This document shows, piece after piece, positions 6,793 through 20,788 of a stretch of 26,851 bases of DNA (within the stretch, counting starts at the first letter, position 1; each line of letters starts with the position of its first letter). Source of the stretch: Utricularia gibba (lineage: Eukaryota; Plantae; Magnoliophyta); NCBI GenBank assembly GCA_002189035.1, contig NEEC01000346.1, forward strand, positions 1 through 26,851, given 5' to 3'. The position numbers were made by a program, and so were the translations under genes. The notes below the pieces were generated by a model. That model was not told the DNA's origin. It saw only the letters and a program-made list of their open reading frames with translations, and made no database searches.

Positions 6793-7961
6793 GATTAGAG
6801 ATGGGCCTGGGTTGGATCCATTCAGGTTCGGACCCAACCCGATGAAATTCTGGGTATTACAGTTTGCATGACCCATGGGGTTGTCTTTCTGTTCAACCCG
6901 AACGGGTTAAACCCTACGGGTTTTGATTGGGCCCGAACCGAACCAAGGGTTTATCAATTTTATTTTTTATTTTTGGCTTATTGTATTTTATGGTTGTTTT
7001 TCTTTTTTTCCACGGCCGTATGGCCTTGTGGCTGCTGCTCGAGCACGCGGGCATTAACCAAGCCCATGTGGCCTCGTGGTGCTGCTGCGTATGCACACGG
7101 GCTGGGGGTCGCGCCGGGCATGAGCCCAAAGTCAGTTTTAGCCCGGCGAAAAAAGGGATGCATTTCTTAGCGTTGGGTTATCACGAGCCGCCTAATTTTT
7201 TTTCGTGGAACACCATCTAGTTTTGTGGGGGGCGCTCTCGAGGGGCCCTTGGCTTGGGCCCCGGGTTCGGTCTGGCTGATGAGCCCACTCTGGTCCCACT
7301 CGGCGAAAATCGTGACACATTTGTTGAAATTAGGATGTCACGTGCACCCAACACGGTTTTTTCAACAACACGCTTTATACTTGTGGAGACGCTCTCGGGG
7401 GGCACTCGAATCTTCCCATACGTCGTACCAGGCTCGAGCGTAAAGTCATTGTAGCCCGGCAAAGAAAGTGATGCATTTATTAACTTTGGGTTGTCACGAG
7501 CCGCCTAAATGGTTTTCCATGGAACACCTTCTAGTTTTGGGGGGGAGGGAGCGGGCGCTGCGCCTCGTCCGGGCCCCGGGAGCCCGGTCCCGTCCGACTC
7601 GACGAAAATCGTGATGCATTTGTTGAAGTTAGGATGTCACGAGAACCGCACACGGTTTTTTTCAACAACACACTTTATACTTAAGGAGGAGCTCTCGGGG
7701 GGGCACCCTGATCGAGCCGGAGGTCGTGCCGAACTCAGGCCCAAAGTCAGCAGTAGCGCGCCAAAAAAAGTGATGCATTTATTAACGTTGGGTTGTGACG
7801 AGACGCGTATATGGTTTTTGAAGGAACACCTCCTCGTATTGAGGCGGGCGCTCTCGAGGGGCCCTTGGCCCGGGCCCCGGGTTCGGACGGGCTCATGGGC
7901 CCACTCGACGAAAATCATGATGCATTTGTTGAAATTGGGATGTCACGTGCACCCCACATTT

Positions 7962-8210
7962 GTTGAGCGAGGACGGCCAATTTTAGAGACTCGATGGGCC
8001 ATTCTTCGATCAGCGTCCTACTATCTAGTTCAAACTCAAAGTCACATTATTCTTGCACAATTTCGTATGAATGAATATGGGATATGATCCGTTGGAAGCC
8101 CAAGTGTTAGAGAATTTTACTGAATCTGCTGAGCAAGGGGTTGTGAGTTCATAACAGCTGTTGAAACCTCTCCAGGGTGGTGTGCGTGGCGTGATGAGCT
8201 TTCTACAATG
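7962..8210 (+). pseudogene. PIF/Harbinger transposase C-terminal fragment; copy 4
   Basis: Same sequence and lesions as 958-1206. Confidence 0.82.
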
Positions 8211-8226
8211 ACAAAAAAATATTTTT

Positions 8227-9125
8227 ATAATCATGTGATATATGTTTATTAAAATATAAATAATGTAAATACGTTAGTTATTAAAGCATATACTACATGT
8301 GAAAGTTTCTTAGTTTTTAATTTTATTAGCATTCGACCCTTAGTTATACTTTGGATGGAGTGTGCATTTTTATTTTAATCATTTTAATTAGCATTCGATC
8401 CTTGGTTAAGATTCCAATCGAGTGTATATTTTTTATTTGAACGATTCTATTTGCATTCGATTCTAAGATATGATGCGGATCGAGCGTATATTTTTTATTT
8501 TAATATTTTTATTGGCTTTCGGTCTTTAGACATGATTCGGATCGAGTGGAGATGGTTTACTTGAAACTTGTGTTAACGCTCGATCCTTAGGAGCAATGTG
8601 GAGCGTGTTTACATTGCAAGGGCACACGGGCGTGGGTTGTGCGTAAACCACGCCCGTGTGGCATGGCATTGTAATGTATACACGTTCTAAATTGCTCCTA
8701 ACGGTGGAACGCTAATTAAGATTTAAAATAAATGAATATGCACTCGATCCAAAGTATACCTAAGGATCTAAGGCTAATAAAAATATGAGAGTGAAAAATA
8801 TACGCTCGATCCGCAGCATACCTAACGTTCGAATGCTAATAAAAAATATTAAAATAAAAAATACGCGCTCGATCCGCATTATACTTAAGGATCGAATGAT
8901 AATAAAAATATTTAAAGTAAAAAAATAGCAAATATGATCTGAATCATAACCAAGGATCGAATGCTAATTAAATTGACTAAAGTAAAAATACACACTCCAT
9001 CCAAAGTACAACTGAGGATCAAATGGTAATAATTAAGTCAAAGAAGCTTTCACAGTTATCCTACGGTTTAATAAATAATGTATTTCAATTATTTATAATT
9101 TAATAAACCTATATCATATGATTAT
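8227..9125. mobile_element. Foldback inverted repeat; copy 4
   Basis: Same sequence as 1224-2122. Confidence 0.7.
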
Positions 9126-10295
9126 GATTAGAGATGGGCCTGGGTTGGATCCATTCAGGTTCGGACCCAACCCGATGAAATTCTGGGTATTACAGTTTGC
9201 ATGACCCATGGGGTTGTCTTTCTGTTCAACCCGAACGGGTTAAACCCTACGGGTTTTGATTGGGCCCGAACCGAACCAAGGGTTTATCAATTTTATTTTT
9301 TATTTTTGGCTTATTGTATTTTATGGTTGTTTTTCTTTTTTTCCACGGCCGTATGGCCTTGTGGCTGCTGCTCGAGCACGCGGCATTAACCAAGCCCATG
9401 TGGCCTCGTGGTGCTGCTGCGTATGCACACGGGCTGGGGGTCGCGCCGGGCATGAGCCCAAAGTCAGTTTTAGCCCGGCGAAAAAAGGGATGCATTTCTT
9501 AGCGTTGGGTTATCACGAGCCGCCTAATTTTTTTTCGTGGAACACCATCTAGTTTTGTGGGGGGGCGCTCTCGAGGGGCCCTTGGCTTGGGCCCCGGGTT
9601 CGGTCTGGCTGATGAGCCCACTCTGGTCCCACTCGGCGAAAATCGTGACACATTTGTTGAAATTAGGATGTCACGTGCACCCAACACGGTTTTTTCAACA
9701 ACACGCTTTATACTTGTGGAGACGCTCTCGGGGGGCACTCGAATCTTCCCATACGTCGTACCAGGCTCGAGCGTAAAGTCATTGTAGCCCGGCAAAGAAA
9801 GTGATGCATTTATTAACTTTGGGTTGTCACGAGCCGCCTAAATGGTTTTCCATGGAACACCTTCTAGTTTTGGGGGGGAGGGGAGCGGGCGCTGCGCCTC
9901 GTCCGGGCCCCGGGAGCCCGGTCCCGTCCGACTCGACGAAAATCGTGATGCATTTGTTGAAGTTAGGATGTCACGAGAACCGCACACGGTTTTTTTCAAC
10001 AACACACTTTATACTTAAGGAGGAGCTCTCGGTGGGGCACCCTGATCGAGCCGGAGGTCGTGCCGAACTCAGGCCCAAAGTCAGCAGTAGCGCGCCAAAA
10101 AAAGTGATGCATTTATTAACGTTGGGTTGTGACGAGACGCGTATATGGTTTTTGAAGGAACACCTCCTCGTATTGAGGCGGGCGCTCTCGAGGGGCCCTT
10201 GGCCCGGGCCCCGGGTTCGGACGGGCTCATGGGCCCACTCGACGAAAATCATGATGCATTTGTTGAAATTGGGATGTCACGTGCACCCCACATTT

Positions 10296-10544
10296 GTTGA
10301 GCGAGGACGGCCAATTTTAGAGACTCGATGGGCCATTCTTCGATCAGCGTCCTACTATCTAGTTCAAACTCAAAGTCACATTATTCTTGCACAATTTCGT
10401 ATGAATGAATATGGGATATGATCCGTTGGAAGCCCAAGTGTTAGAGAATTTTACTGAATCTGCTGAGCAAGGGGTTGTGAGTTCATAACAGCTGTTGAAA
10501 CCTCTCCAGGGTGGTGTGCGTGGCGTGATGAGCTTTCTACAATG
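10296..10544 (+). pseudogene. PIF/Harbinger transposase C-terminal fragment; copy 5
   Basis: Same sequence and lesions as 958-1206. Confidence 0.82.
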
Positions 10545-10560
10545 ACAAAAAAAATTTTTT

Positions 10561-11459
10561 ATAATCATGTGATATATGTTTATTAAAATATAAATAATGT
10601 AAATACGTTAGTTATTAAAGCATATACTACATGTGAAAGTTTCTTAGTTTTTAATTTTATTAGCATTCGACCCTTAGTTATACTTTGGATGGAGTGTGCA
10701 TTTTTATTTTAATCATTTTAATTAGCATTCGATCCTTGGTTAAGATTCCAATCGAGTGTATATTTTTTATTTGAACGATTCTATTTGCATTCGATTCTAA
10801 GATATGATGCGGATCGAGCGTATATTTTTTATTTTAATATTTTTATTGGCTTTCGGTCTTTAGACATGATTCGGATCGAGTGGAGATGGTTTACTTGAAA
10901 CTTGTGTTAACGCTCGATCCTTAGGAGCAATGTGGAGCGTGTTTACATTGCAAGGGCACACGGGCGTGGGTTGTGCGTAAACCACGCCCGTGTGGCATGG
11001 CATTGTAATGTATACACGTTCTAAATTGCTCCTAACGGTGGAACGCTAATTAAGATTTAAAATAAATGAATATGCACTCGATCCAAAGTATACCTAAGGA
11101 TCTAAGGCTAATAAAAATATGAGAGTGAAAAATATACGCTCGATCCGCAGCATACCTAACGTTCGAATGCTAATAAAAAATATTAAAATAAAAAATACGC
11201 GCTCGATCCGCATTATACTTAAGGATCGAATGATAATAAAAATATTTAAAGTAAAAAAATAGCAAATATGATCTGAATCATAACCAAGGATCGAATGCTA
11301 ATTAAATTGACTAAAGTAAAAATACACACTCCATCCAAAGTACAACTGAGGATCAAATGGTAATAATTAAGTCAAAGAAGCTTTCACAGTTATCCTACGG
11401 TTTAATAAATAATGTATTTCAATTATTTATAATTTAATAAACCTATATCATATGATTAT
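10561..11459. mobile_element. Foldback inverted repeat; copy 5
   Basis: Same sequence as 1224-2122. Confidence 0.7.
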
Positions 11460-12626
11460 GATTAGAGATGGGCCTGGGTTGGATCCATTCAGGTTCGGAC
11501 CCAACCCGATGAAATTCTGGGTATTACAGTTTGCATGACCCATGGGGTTGTCTTTCTGTTCAACCCGAACGGGTTAAACCCTACGGGTTTTGATTGGGCC
11601 CGAACCGAACCAAGGGTTTATCAATTTTATTTTTTTTTTGGCTTATTGTATTTTATGGTTGTTTTTCTTTTTTTCCACGGCCGTATGGCCTTGTGGCTGC
11701 TGCTCGAGCACGCGGGCATTAACCAAGCCCATGTGGCCTCGTGGTGCTGCTGCGTATGCACACGGGCTGGGGGTCGCGCCGGGCATGAGCCCAAAGTCAG
11801 TTTTAGCCCGGCGAAAAAAGGGATGCATTTCTTAGCGTTGGGTTATCACGAGCCGCCTAATTTTTTTTCGTGGAACACCATCTAGTTTTGTGGGGGGCGC
11901 TCTCGAGGGGCCCTTGGCTTGGGCCCCGGGTTCGGTCTGGCTGATGAGCCCACTCTGGTCCCACTCGGCGAAAATCGTGACACATTTGTTGAAATTAGGA
12001 TGTCACGTGCACCCAACACGGTTTTTTCAACAACACGCTTTATACTTGTGGAGACGCTCTCGGGGGGCACTCGAATCTTCCCATACGTCGTACCAGGCTC
12101 GAGCGTAAAGTCATTGTAGCCCGGCAAAGAAAGTGATGCATTTATTAACTTTGGGTTGTCACGAGCCGCCTAAATGGTTTTCCATGGAACACCTTCTAGT
12201 TTTGGGGGGGAGGGAGCGGGCGCTGCGCCTCGTCCGGGCCCCGGGAGCCCGGTCCCGTCCGACTCGACGAAAATCGTGATGCATTTGTTGAAGTTAGGAT
12301 GTCACGAGAACCGCACACGGTTTTTTTCAACAACACACTTTATACTTAAGGAGGAGCTCTCGGTGGGGCACCCTGATCGAGCCGGAGGTCGTGCCGAACT
12401 CAGGCCCAAAGTCAGCAGTAGCGCGCCAAAAAAAGTGATGCATTTATTAACGTTGGGTTGTGACGAGACGCGTATATGGTTTTTGAAGGAACACCTCCTC
12501 GTATTGAGGCGGGCGCTCTCGAGGGGCCCTTGGCCCGGGCCCCGGGTTCGGACGGGCTCATGGGCCCACTCGACGAAAATCATGATGCATTTGTTGAAAT
12601 TGGGATGTCACGTGCACCCCACATTT

Positions 12627-12875
12627 GTTGAGCGAGGACGGCCAATTTTAGAGACTCGATGGGCCATTCTTCGATCAGCGTCCTACTATCTAGTTCAAAC
12701 TCAAAGTCACATTATTCTTGCACAATTTCGTATGAATGAATATGGGATATGATCCGTTGGAAGCCCAAGTGTTAGAGAATTTTACTGAATCTGCTGAGCA
12801 AGGGGTTGTGAGTTCATAACAGCTGTTGAAACCTCTCCAGGGTGGTGTGCGTGGCGTGATGAGCTTTCTACAATG
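12627..12875 (+). pseudogene. PIF/Harbinger transposase C-terminal fragment; copy 6
   Basis: Same sequence and lesions as 958-1206. Confidence 0.82.
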
Positions 12876-12892
12876 ACAAAAAAAATATTTTT

Positions 12893-13791
12893 ATAATCAT
12901 GTGATATATGTTTATTAAAATATAAATAATGTAAATACGTTAGTTATTAAAGCATATACTACATGTGAAAGTTTCTTAGTTTTTAATTTTATTAGCATTC
13001 GACCCTTAGTTATACTTTGGATGGAGTGTGCATTTTTATTTTAATCATTTTAATTAGCATTCGATCCTTGGTTAAGATTCCAATCGAGTGTATATTTTTT
13101 ATTTGAACGATTCTATTTGCATTCGATTCTAAGATATGATGCGGATCGAGCGTATATTTTTTATTTTAATATTTTTATTGGCTTTCGGTCTTTAGACATG
13201 ATTCGGATCGAGTGGAGATGGTTTACTTGAAACTTGTGTTAACGCTCGATCCTTAGGAGCAATGTGGAGCGTGTTTACATTGCAAGGGCACACGGGCGTG
13301 GGTTGTGCGTAAACCACGCCCGTGTGGCATGGCATTGTAATGTATACACGTTCTAAATTGCTCCTAACGGTGGAACGCTAATTAAGATTTAAAATAAATG
13401 AATATGCACTCGATCCAAAGTATACCTAAGGATCTAAGGCTAATAAAAATATGAGAGTGAAAAATATACGCTCGATCCGCAGCATACCTAACGTTCGAAT
13501 GCTAATAAAAAATATTAAAATAAAAAATACGCGCTCGATCCGCATTATACTTAAGGATCGAATGATAATAAAAATATTTAAAGTAAAAAAATAGCAAATA
13601 TGATCTGAATCATAACCAAGGATCGAATGCTAATTAAATTGACTAAAGTAAAAATACACACTCCATCCAAAGTACAACTGAGGATCAAATGGTAATAATT
13701 AAGTCAAAGAAGCTTTCACAGTTATCCTACGGTTTAATAAATAATGTATTTCAATTATTTATAATTTAATAAACCTATATCATATGATTAT
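12893..13791. mobile_element. Foldback inverted repeat; copy 6
   Basis: Same sequence as 1224-2122. Confidence 0.7.
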
Positions 13792-14958
13792 GATTAGAGA
13801 TGGGCCTGGGTTGGATCCATTCAGGTTCGGACCCAACCCGATGAAATTCTGGGTATTACAGTTTGCATGACCCATGGGGTTGTCTTTCTGTTCAACCCGA
13901 ACGGGTTAAACCCTACGGGTTTTGATTGGGCCCGAACCGAACCAAGGGTTTATCAATTTTATTTTTTATTTTTGGCTTATTGTATTTTATGGTTGTTTTC
14001 TTTTTTTCCACGGCCGTATGGCCTTGTGGCTGCTGCTCGAGCACGCGGGCATTAACCAAGCCCATGTGGCCTCGTGGTGCTGCTGCGTATGCACACGGGC
14101 TGGGGGTCGCGCCGGGCATGAGCCCAAAGTCAGTTTTAGCCCGGCGAAAAAAGGGATGCATTTCTTAGCGTTGGGTTATCACGAGCCGCCTAATTTTTTT
14201 TCGTGGAACACCATCTAGTTTTGTGGGGGGCGCTCTCGAGGGGCCCTTGGCTTGGGCCCCGGGTTCGGTCTGGCTGATGAGCCCACTCTGGTCCCACTCG
14301 GCGAAAATCGTGACACATTTGTTGAAATTAGGATGTCACGTGCACCCAACACGGTTTTTTCAACAACACGCTTTATACTTGTGGAGACGCTCTCGGGGGG
14401 CACTCGAATCTTCCCATACGTCGTACCAGGCTCGAGCGTAAAGTCATTGTAGCCCGGCAAAGAAAGTGATGCATTTATTAACTTTGGGTTGTCACGAGCC
14501 GCCTAAATGGTTTTCCATGGAACACCTTCTAGTTTTGGGGGGAGGGGAGCGGGCGCTGCGCCTCGTCCGGGCCCCGGGAGCCCGGTCCCGTCCGACTCGA
14601 CGAAAATCGTGATGCATTTGTTGAAGTTAGGATGTCACGAGAACCGCACACGGTTTTTTTCAACAACACACTTTATACTTAAGGAGGAGCTCTCGGGGGG
14701 CACCCTGATCGAGCCGGAGGTCGTGCCGAACTCAGGCCCAAAGTCAGCAGTAGCGCGCCAAAAAAAGTGATGCATTTATTAACGTTGGGTTGTGACGAGA
14801 CGCGTATATGGTTTTTGAAGGAACACCTCCTCGTATTGAGGCGGGCGCTCTCGAGGGGCCCTTGGCCCGGGCCCCGGGTTCGGACGGGCTCATGGGCCCA
14901 CTCGACGAAAATCATGATGCATTTGTTGAAATTGGGATGTCACGTGCACCCCACATTT

Positions 14959-15207
14959 GTTGAGCGAGGACGGCCAATTTTAGAGACTCGATGGGCCATT
15001 CTTCGATCAGCGTCCTACTATCTAGTTCAAACTCAAAGTCACATTATTCTTGCACAATTTCGTATGAATGAATATGGGATATGATCCGTTGGAAGCCCAA
15101 GTGTTAGAGAATTTTACTGAATCTGCTGAGCAAGGGGTTGTGAGTTCATAACAGCTGTTGAAACCTCTCCAGGGTGGTGTGCGTGGCGTGATGAGCTTTC
15201 TACAATG
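14959..15207 (+). pseudogene. PIF/Harbinger transposase C-terminal fragment; copy 7
   Basis: Same sequence and lesions as 958-1206. Confidence 0.82.
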
Positions 15208-15224
15208 ACAAAAAAAATATTTTT

Positions 15225-16122
15225 ATAATCATGTGATATATGTTTATTAAAATATAAATAATGTAAATACGTTAGTTATTAAAGCATATACTACATGTGA
15301 AAGTTTCTTAGTTTTTAATTTTATTAGCATTCGACCCTTAGTTATACTTTGGATGGAGTGTGCATTTTTATTTTAATCATTTTAATTAGCATTCGATCCT
15401 TGGTTAAGATTCCAATCGAGTGTATATTTTTTATTTGAACGATTCTATTTGCATTCGATTCTAAGATATGATGCGGATCGAGCGTATATTTTTTATTTTA
15501 ATATTTTTATTGGCTTTCGGTCTTTAGACATGATTCGGATCGAGTGGAGATGGTTTACTTGAAACTTGTGTTAACGCTCGATCCTTAGGAGCAATGTGGA
15601 GCGTGTTTACATTGCAAGGGCACACGGGCGTGGGTTGTGCGTAAACCACGCCCGTGTGGCATGGCATTGTAATGTATACACGTTCTAAATTGCTCCTAAC
15701 GGTGGAACGCTAATTAAGATTTAAAATAAATGAATATGCACTCGATCCAAAGTATACCTAAGGATCTAAGGCTAATAAAAATATGAGAGTGAAAAATATA
15801 CGCTCGATCCGCAGCATACCTAACGTTCGAATGCTAATAAAAATATTAAAATAAAAAATACGCGCTCGATCCGCATTATACTTAAGGATCGAATGATAAT
15901 AAAAATATTTAAAGTAAAAAAATAGCAAATATGATCTGAATCATAACCAAGGATCGAATGCTAATTAAATTGACTAAAGTAAAAATACACACTCCATCCA
16001 AAGTACAACTGAGGATCAAATGGTAATAATTAAGTCAAAGAAGCTTTCACAGTTATCCTACGGTTTAATAAATAATGTATTTCAATTATTTATAATTTAA
16101 TAAACCTATATCATATGATTAT
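15225..16122. mobile_element. Foldback inverted repeat; copy 7
   Basis: As copy 1, 1 bp shorter (A run). Confidence 0.7.
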
Positions 16123-17289
16123 GATTAGAGATGGGCCTGGGTTGGATCCATTCAGGTTCGGACCCAACCCGATGAAATTCTGGGTATTACAGTTTGCATG
16201 ACCCATGGGGTTGTCTTTCTGTTCAACCCGAACGGGTTAAACCCTACGGGTTTTGATTGGGCCCGAACCGAACCAAGGGTTTATCAATTTTATTTTTTAT
16301 TTTTGGCTTATTGTATTTTATGGTTGTTTCTTTTTTTTCCACGGCCGTATGGCCTTGTGGCTGCTGCTCGAGCACGCGGGCATTAACCAAGCCCATGTGG
16401 CCTCGTGGTGCTGCTGCGTATGCACACGGGCTGGGGGTCGCGCCGGGCATGAGCCCAAAGTCAGTTTTAGCCCGGCGAAAAAAGGGATGCATTTCTTAGC
16501 GTTGGGTTATCACGAGCCGCCTAATTTTTTTTCGTGGAACACCATCTAGTTTTGTGGGGGGGCGCTCTCGAGGGGCCCTTGGCTTGGGCCCCGGGTCGGT
16601 CTGGCTGATGAGCCCACTCTGGTCCCACTCGGCGAAAATCGTGACACATTTGTTGAAATTAGGATGTCACGTGCACCCAACACGGTTTTTTCAACAACAC
16701 GCTTTATACTTGTGGAGACGCTCTCGGGGGCACTCGAATCTTCCCATACGTCGTACCAGGCTCGAGCGTAAAGTCATTGTAGCCCGGCAAAGAAAGTGAT
16801 GCATTTATTAACTTTGGGTTGTCACGAGCCGCCTAAATGGTTTTCCATGGAACACCTTCTAGTTTTGGGGGGAGGGGAGCGGGCGCTGCGCCTCGTCCGG
16901 GCCCCGGGAGCCCGGTCCCGTCCGACTCGACGAAAATCGTGATGCATTTGTTGAAGTTAGGATGTCACGAGAACCGCACACGGTTTTTTTCAACAACACA
17001 CTTTATACTTAAGGAGGAGCTCTCGGTGGGGCACCCTGATCGAGCCGGAGGTCGTGCCGAACTCAGGCCCAAAGTCAGCAGTAGCGCGCCAAAAAAAGTG
17101 ATGCATTTATTAACGTTGGGTTGTGACGAGACGCGTATATGGTTTTTGAAGGAACACCTCCTCGTATTGAGGCGGGCGCTCTCGAGGGGCCCTTGGCCCG
17201 GGCCCCGGGTTCGGACGGGCTCATGGGCCCACTCGACGAAAATCATGATGCATTTGTTGAAATTGGGATGTCACGTGCACCCCACATTT

Positions 17290-17537
17290 GTTGAGCGAGG
17301 ACGGCCAATTTTAGAGACTCGATGGGCCATTCTTCGATCAGCGTCCTACTATCTAGTTCAAACTCAAAGTCACATTATTCTTGCACAATTTCGTATGAAT
17401 GAATATGGGATATGATCCGTTGGAAGCCCAAGTGTTAGAGAATTTTACTGAATCTGCTGAGCAAGGGTTGTGAGTTCATAACAGCTGTTGAAACCTCTCC
17501 AGGGTGGTGTGCGTGGCGTGATGAGCTTTCTACAATG
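17290..17537 (+). pseudogene. PIF/Harbinger transposase C-terminal fragment; copy 8
   Basis: As copy 1 but one G shorter in CAAGGGGTT. Confidence 0.82.
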
Positions 17538-17554
17538 ACAAAAAAAATATTTTT

Positions 17555-18454
17555 ATAATCATGTGATATATGTTTATTAAAATATAAATAATGTAAATAC
17601 GTTAGTTATTAAAGCATATACTACATGTGAAAGTTTCTTAGTTTTTAATTTTATTAGCATTCGACCCTTAGTTATACTTTGGATGGAGTGTGCATTTTTA
17701 TTTTAATCATTTTAATTAGCATTCGATCCTTGGTTAAGATTCCAATCGAGTGTATATTTTTTATTTGAACGATTCTATTTGCATTCGATTCTAAGATATG
17801 ATGCGGATCGAGCGTATATTTTTTATTTTAATATTTTTATTGGCTTTCGGTCTTTAGACATGATTCGGATCGAGTGGAGATGGTTTACTTGAAACTTGTG
17901 TTAACGCTCGATCCTTAGGAGCAATGTGGAGCGTGTTTACATTGCAAGGGCACACGGGCGTGGGTTGTGCGTAAACCACGCCCGTGTGGCATGGCATTGT
18001 AATGTATACACGTTCTAAATTGCTCCTAACGGTGGAACGCTAATTAAGATTTAAAATAAATGAATATGCACTCGATCCAAAGTATACCTAAGGATCTAAG
18101 GCTAATAAAAATATGAGAGTGAAAAATATACGCTCGATCCGCAGCATACCTAACGTTCGAATGCTAATAAAAAATATTAAAAATAAAAAATACGCGCTCG
18201 ATCCGCATTATACTTAAGGATCGAATGATAATAAAAATATTTAAAGTAAAAAAATAGCAAATATGATCTGAATCATAACCAAGGATCGAATGCTAATTAA
18301 ATTGACTAAAGTAAAAATACACACTCCATCCAAAGTACAACTGAGGATCAAATGGTAATAATTAAGTCAAAGAAGCTTTCACAGTTATCCTACGGTTTAA
18401 TAAATAATGTATTTCAATTATTTATAATTTAATAAACCTATATCATATGATTAT
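17555..18454. mobile_element. Foldback inverted repeat; copy 8
   Basis: As copy 1, 1 bp longer (A run). Confidence 0.7.
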
Positions 18455-19623
18455 GATTAGAGATGGGCCTGGGTTGGATCCATTCAGGTTCGGACCCAAC
18501 CCGATGAAATTCTGGGTATTACAGTTTGCATGACCCATGGGGTTGTCTTTCTGTTCAACCCGAACGGGTTAAACCCTACGGGTTTTGATTGGGCCCGAAC
18601 CGAACCAAGGGTTTATCAATTTTATTTTTTTTTTTGGCTTATTGTATTTTATGGTTGTTTTTCTTTTTTTCCACGGCCGTATGGCCTTGTGGCTGCTGCT
18701 CGAGCACGCGGGCATTAACCAAGCCCATGTGGCCTCGTGGTGCTGCTGCGTATGCACACGGGCTGGGGGTCGCGCCGGGCATGAGCCCAAAGTCAGTTTT
18801 AGCCCGGCGAAAAAAGGGATGCATTTCTTAGCGTTGGGTTATCACGAGCCGCCTAATTTTTTTTCGTGGAACACCATCTAGTTTTGTGGGGGGCGCTCTC
18901 GAGGGGCCCTTGGCTTGGGCCCCGGGTTCGGTCTGGCTGATGAGCCCACTCTGGTCCCACTCGGCGAAAATCGTGACACATTTGTTGAAATTAGGATGTC
19001 ACGTGCACCCAACACGGTTTTTTCAACAACACGCTTTATACTTGTGGAGACGCTCTCGGGGGGCACTCGAATCTTCCCATACGTCGTACCAGGCTCGAGC
19101 GTAAAGTCATTGTAGCCCGGCAAAGAAAGTGATGCATTTATTAACTTTGGGTTGTCACGAGCCGCCTAAATGGTTTTCCATGGAACACCTTCTAGTTTTG
19201 GGGGGGAGGGGAGCGGGCGCTGCGCCTCGTCCGGGCCCCGGGAGCCCGGTCCCGTCCGACTCGACGAAAATCGTGATGCATTTGTTGAAGTTAGGATGTC
19301 ACGAGAACCGCACACGGTTTTTTTCAACAACACACTTTATACTTAAGGAGGAGCTCTCGGTGGGGCACCCTGATCGAGCCGGAGGTCGTGCCGAACTCAG
19401 GCCCAAAGTCAGCAGTAGCGCGCCAAAAAAAGTGATGCATTTATTAACGTTGGGTTGTGACGAGACGCGTATATGGTTTTTGAAGGAACACCTCCTCGTA
19501 TTGAGGCGGGCGCTCTCGAGGGGCCCTTGGCCCGGGCCCCGGGTTCGGACGGGCTCATGGGCCCACTCGACGAAAATCATGATGCATTTGTTGAAATTGG
19601 GATGTCACGTGCACCCCACATTT

Positions 19624-19872
19624 GTTGAGCGAGGACGGCCAATTTTAGAGACTCGATGGGCCATTCTTCGATCAGCGTCCTACTATCTAGTTCAAACTCA
19701 AAGTCACATTATTCTTGCACAATTTCGTATGAATGAATATGGGATATGATCCGTTGGAAGCCCAAGTGTTAGAGAATTTTACTGAATCTGCTGAGCAAGG
19801 GGTTGTGAGTTCATAACAGCTGTTGAAACCTCTCCAGGGTGGTGTGCGTGGCGTGATGAGCTTTCTACAATG
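19624..19872 (+). pseudogene. PIF/Harbinger transposase C-terminal fragment; copy 9
   Basis: Same sequence and lesions as 958-1206. Confidence 0.82.
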
Positions 19873-19889
19873 ACAAAAAAAATATTTTT

Positions 19890-20788
19890 ATAATCATGTG
19901 ATATATGTTTATTAAAATATAAATAATGTAAATACGTTAGTTATTAAAGCATATACTACATGTGAAAGTTTCTTAGTTTTTAATTTTATTAGCATTCGAC
20001 CCTTAGTTATACTTTGGATGGAGTGTGCATTTTTATTTTAATCATTTTAATTAGCATTCGATCCTTGGTTAAGATTCCAATCGAGTGTATATTTTTTATT
20101 TGAACGATTCTATTTGCATTCGATTCTAAGATATGATGCGGATCGAGCGTATATTTTTTATTTTAATATTTTTATTGGCTTTCGGTCTTTAGACATGATT
20201 CGGATCGAGTGGAGATGGTTTACTTGAAACTTGTGTTAACGCTCGATCCTTAGGAGCAATGTGGAGCGTGTTTACATTGCAAGGGCACACGGGCGTGGGT
20301 TGTGCGTAAACCACGCCCGTGTGGCATGGCATTGTAATGTATACACGTTCTAAATTGCTCCTAACGGTGGAACGCTAATTAAGATTTAAAATAAATGAAT
20401 ATGCACTCGATCCAAAGTATACCTAAGGATCTAAGGCTAATAAAAATATGAGAGTGAAAAATATACGCTCGATCCGCAGCATACCTAACGTTCGAATGCT
20501 AATAAAAAATATTAAAATAAAAAATACGCGCTCGATCCGCATTATACTTAAGGATCGAATGATAATAAAAATATTTAAAGTAAAAAAATAGCAAATATGA
20601 TCTGAATCATAACCAAGGATCGAATGCTAATTAAATTGACTAAAGTAAAAATACACACTCCATCCAAAGTACAACTGAGGATCAAATGGTAATAATTAAG
20701 TCAAAGAAGCTTTCACAGTTATCCTACGGTTTAATAAATAATGTATTTCAATTATTTATAATTTAATAAACCTATATCATATGATTAT
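19890..20788. mobile_element. Foldback inverted repeat; copy 9
   Basis: Same sequence as 1224-2122. Confidence 0.7.
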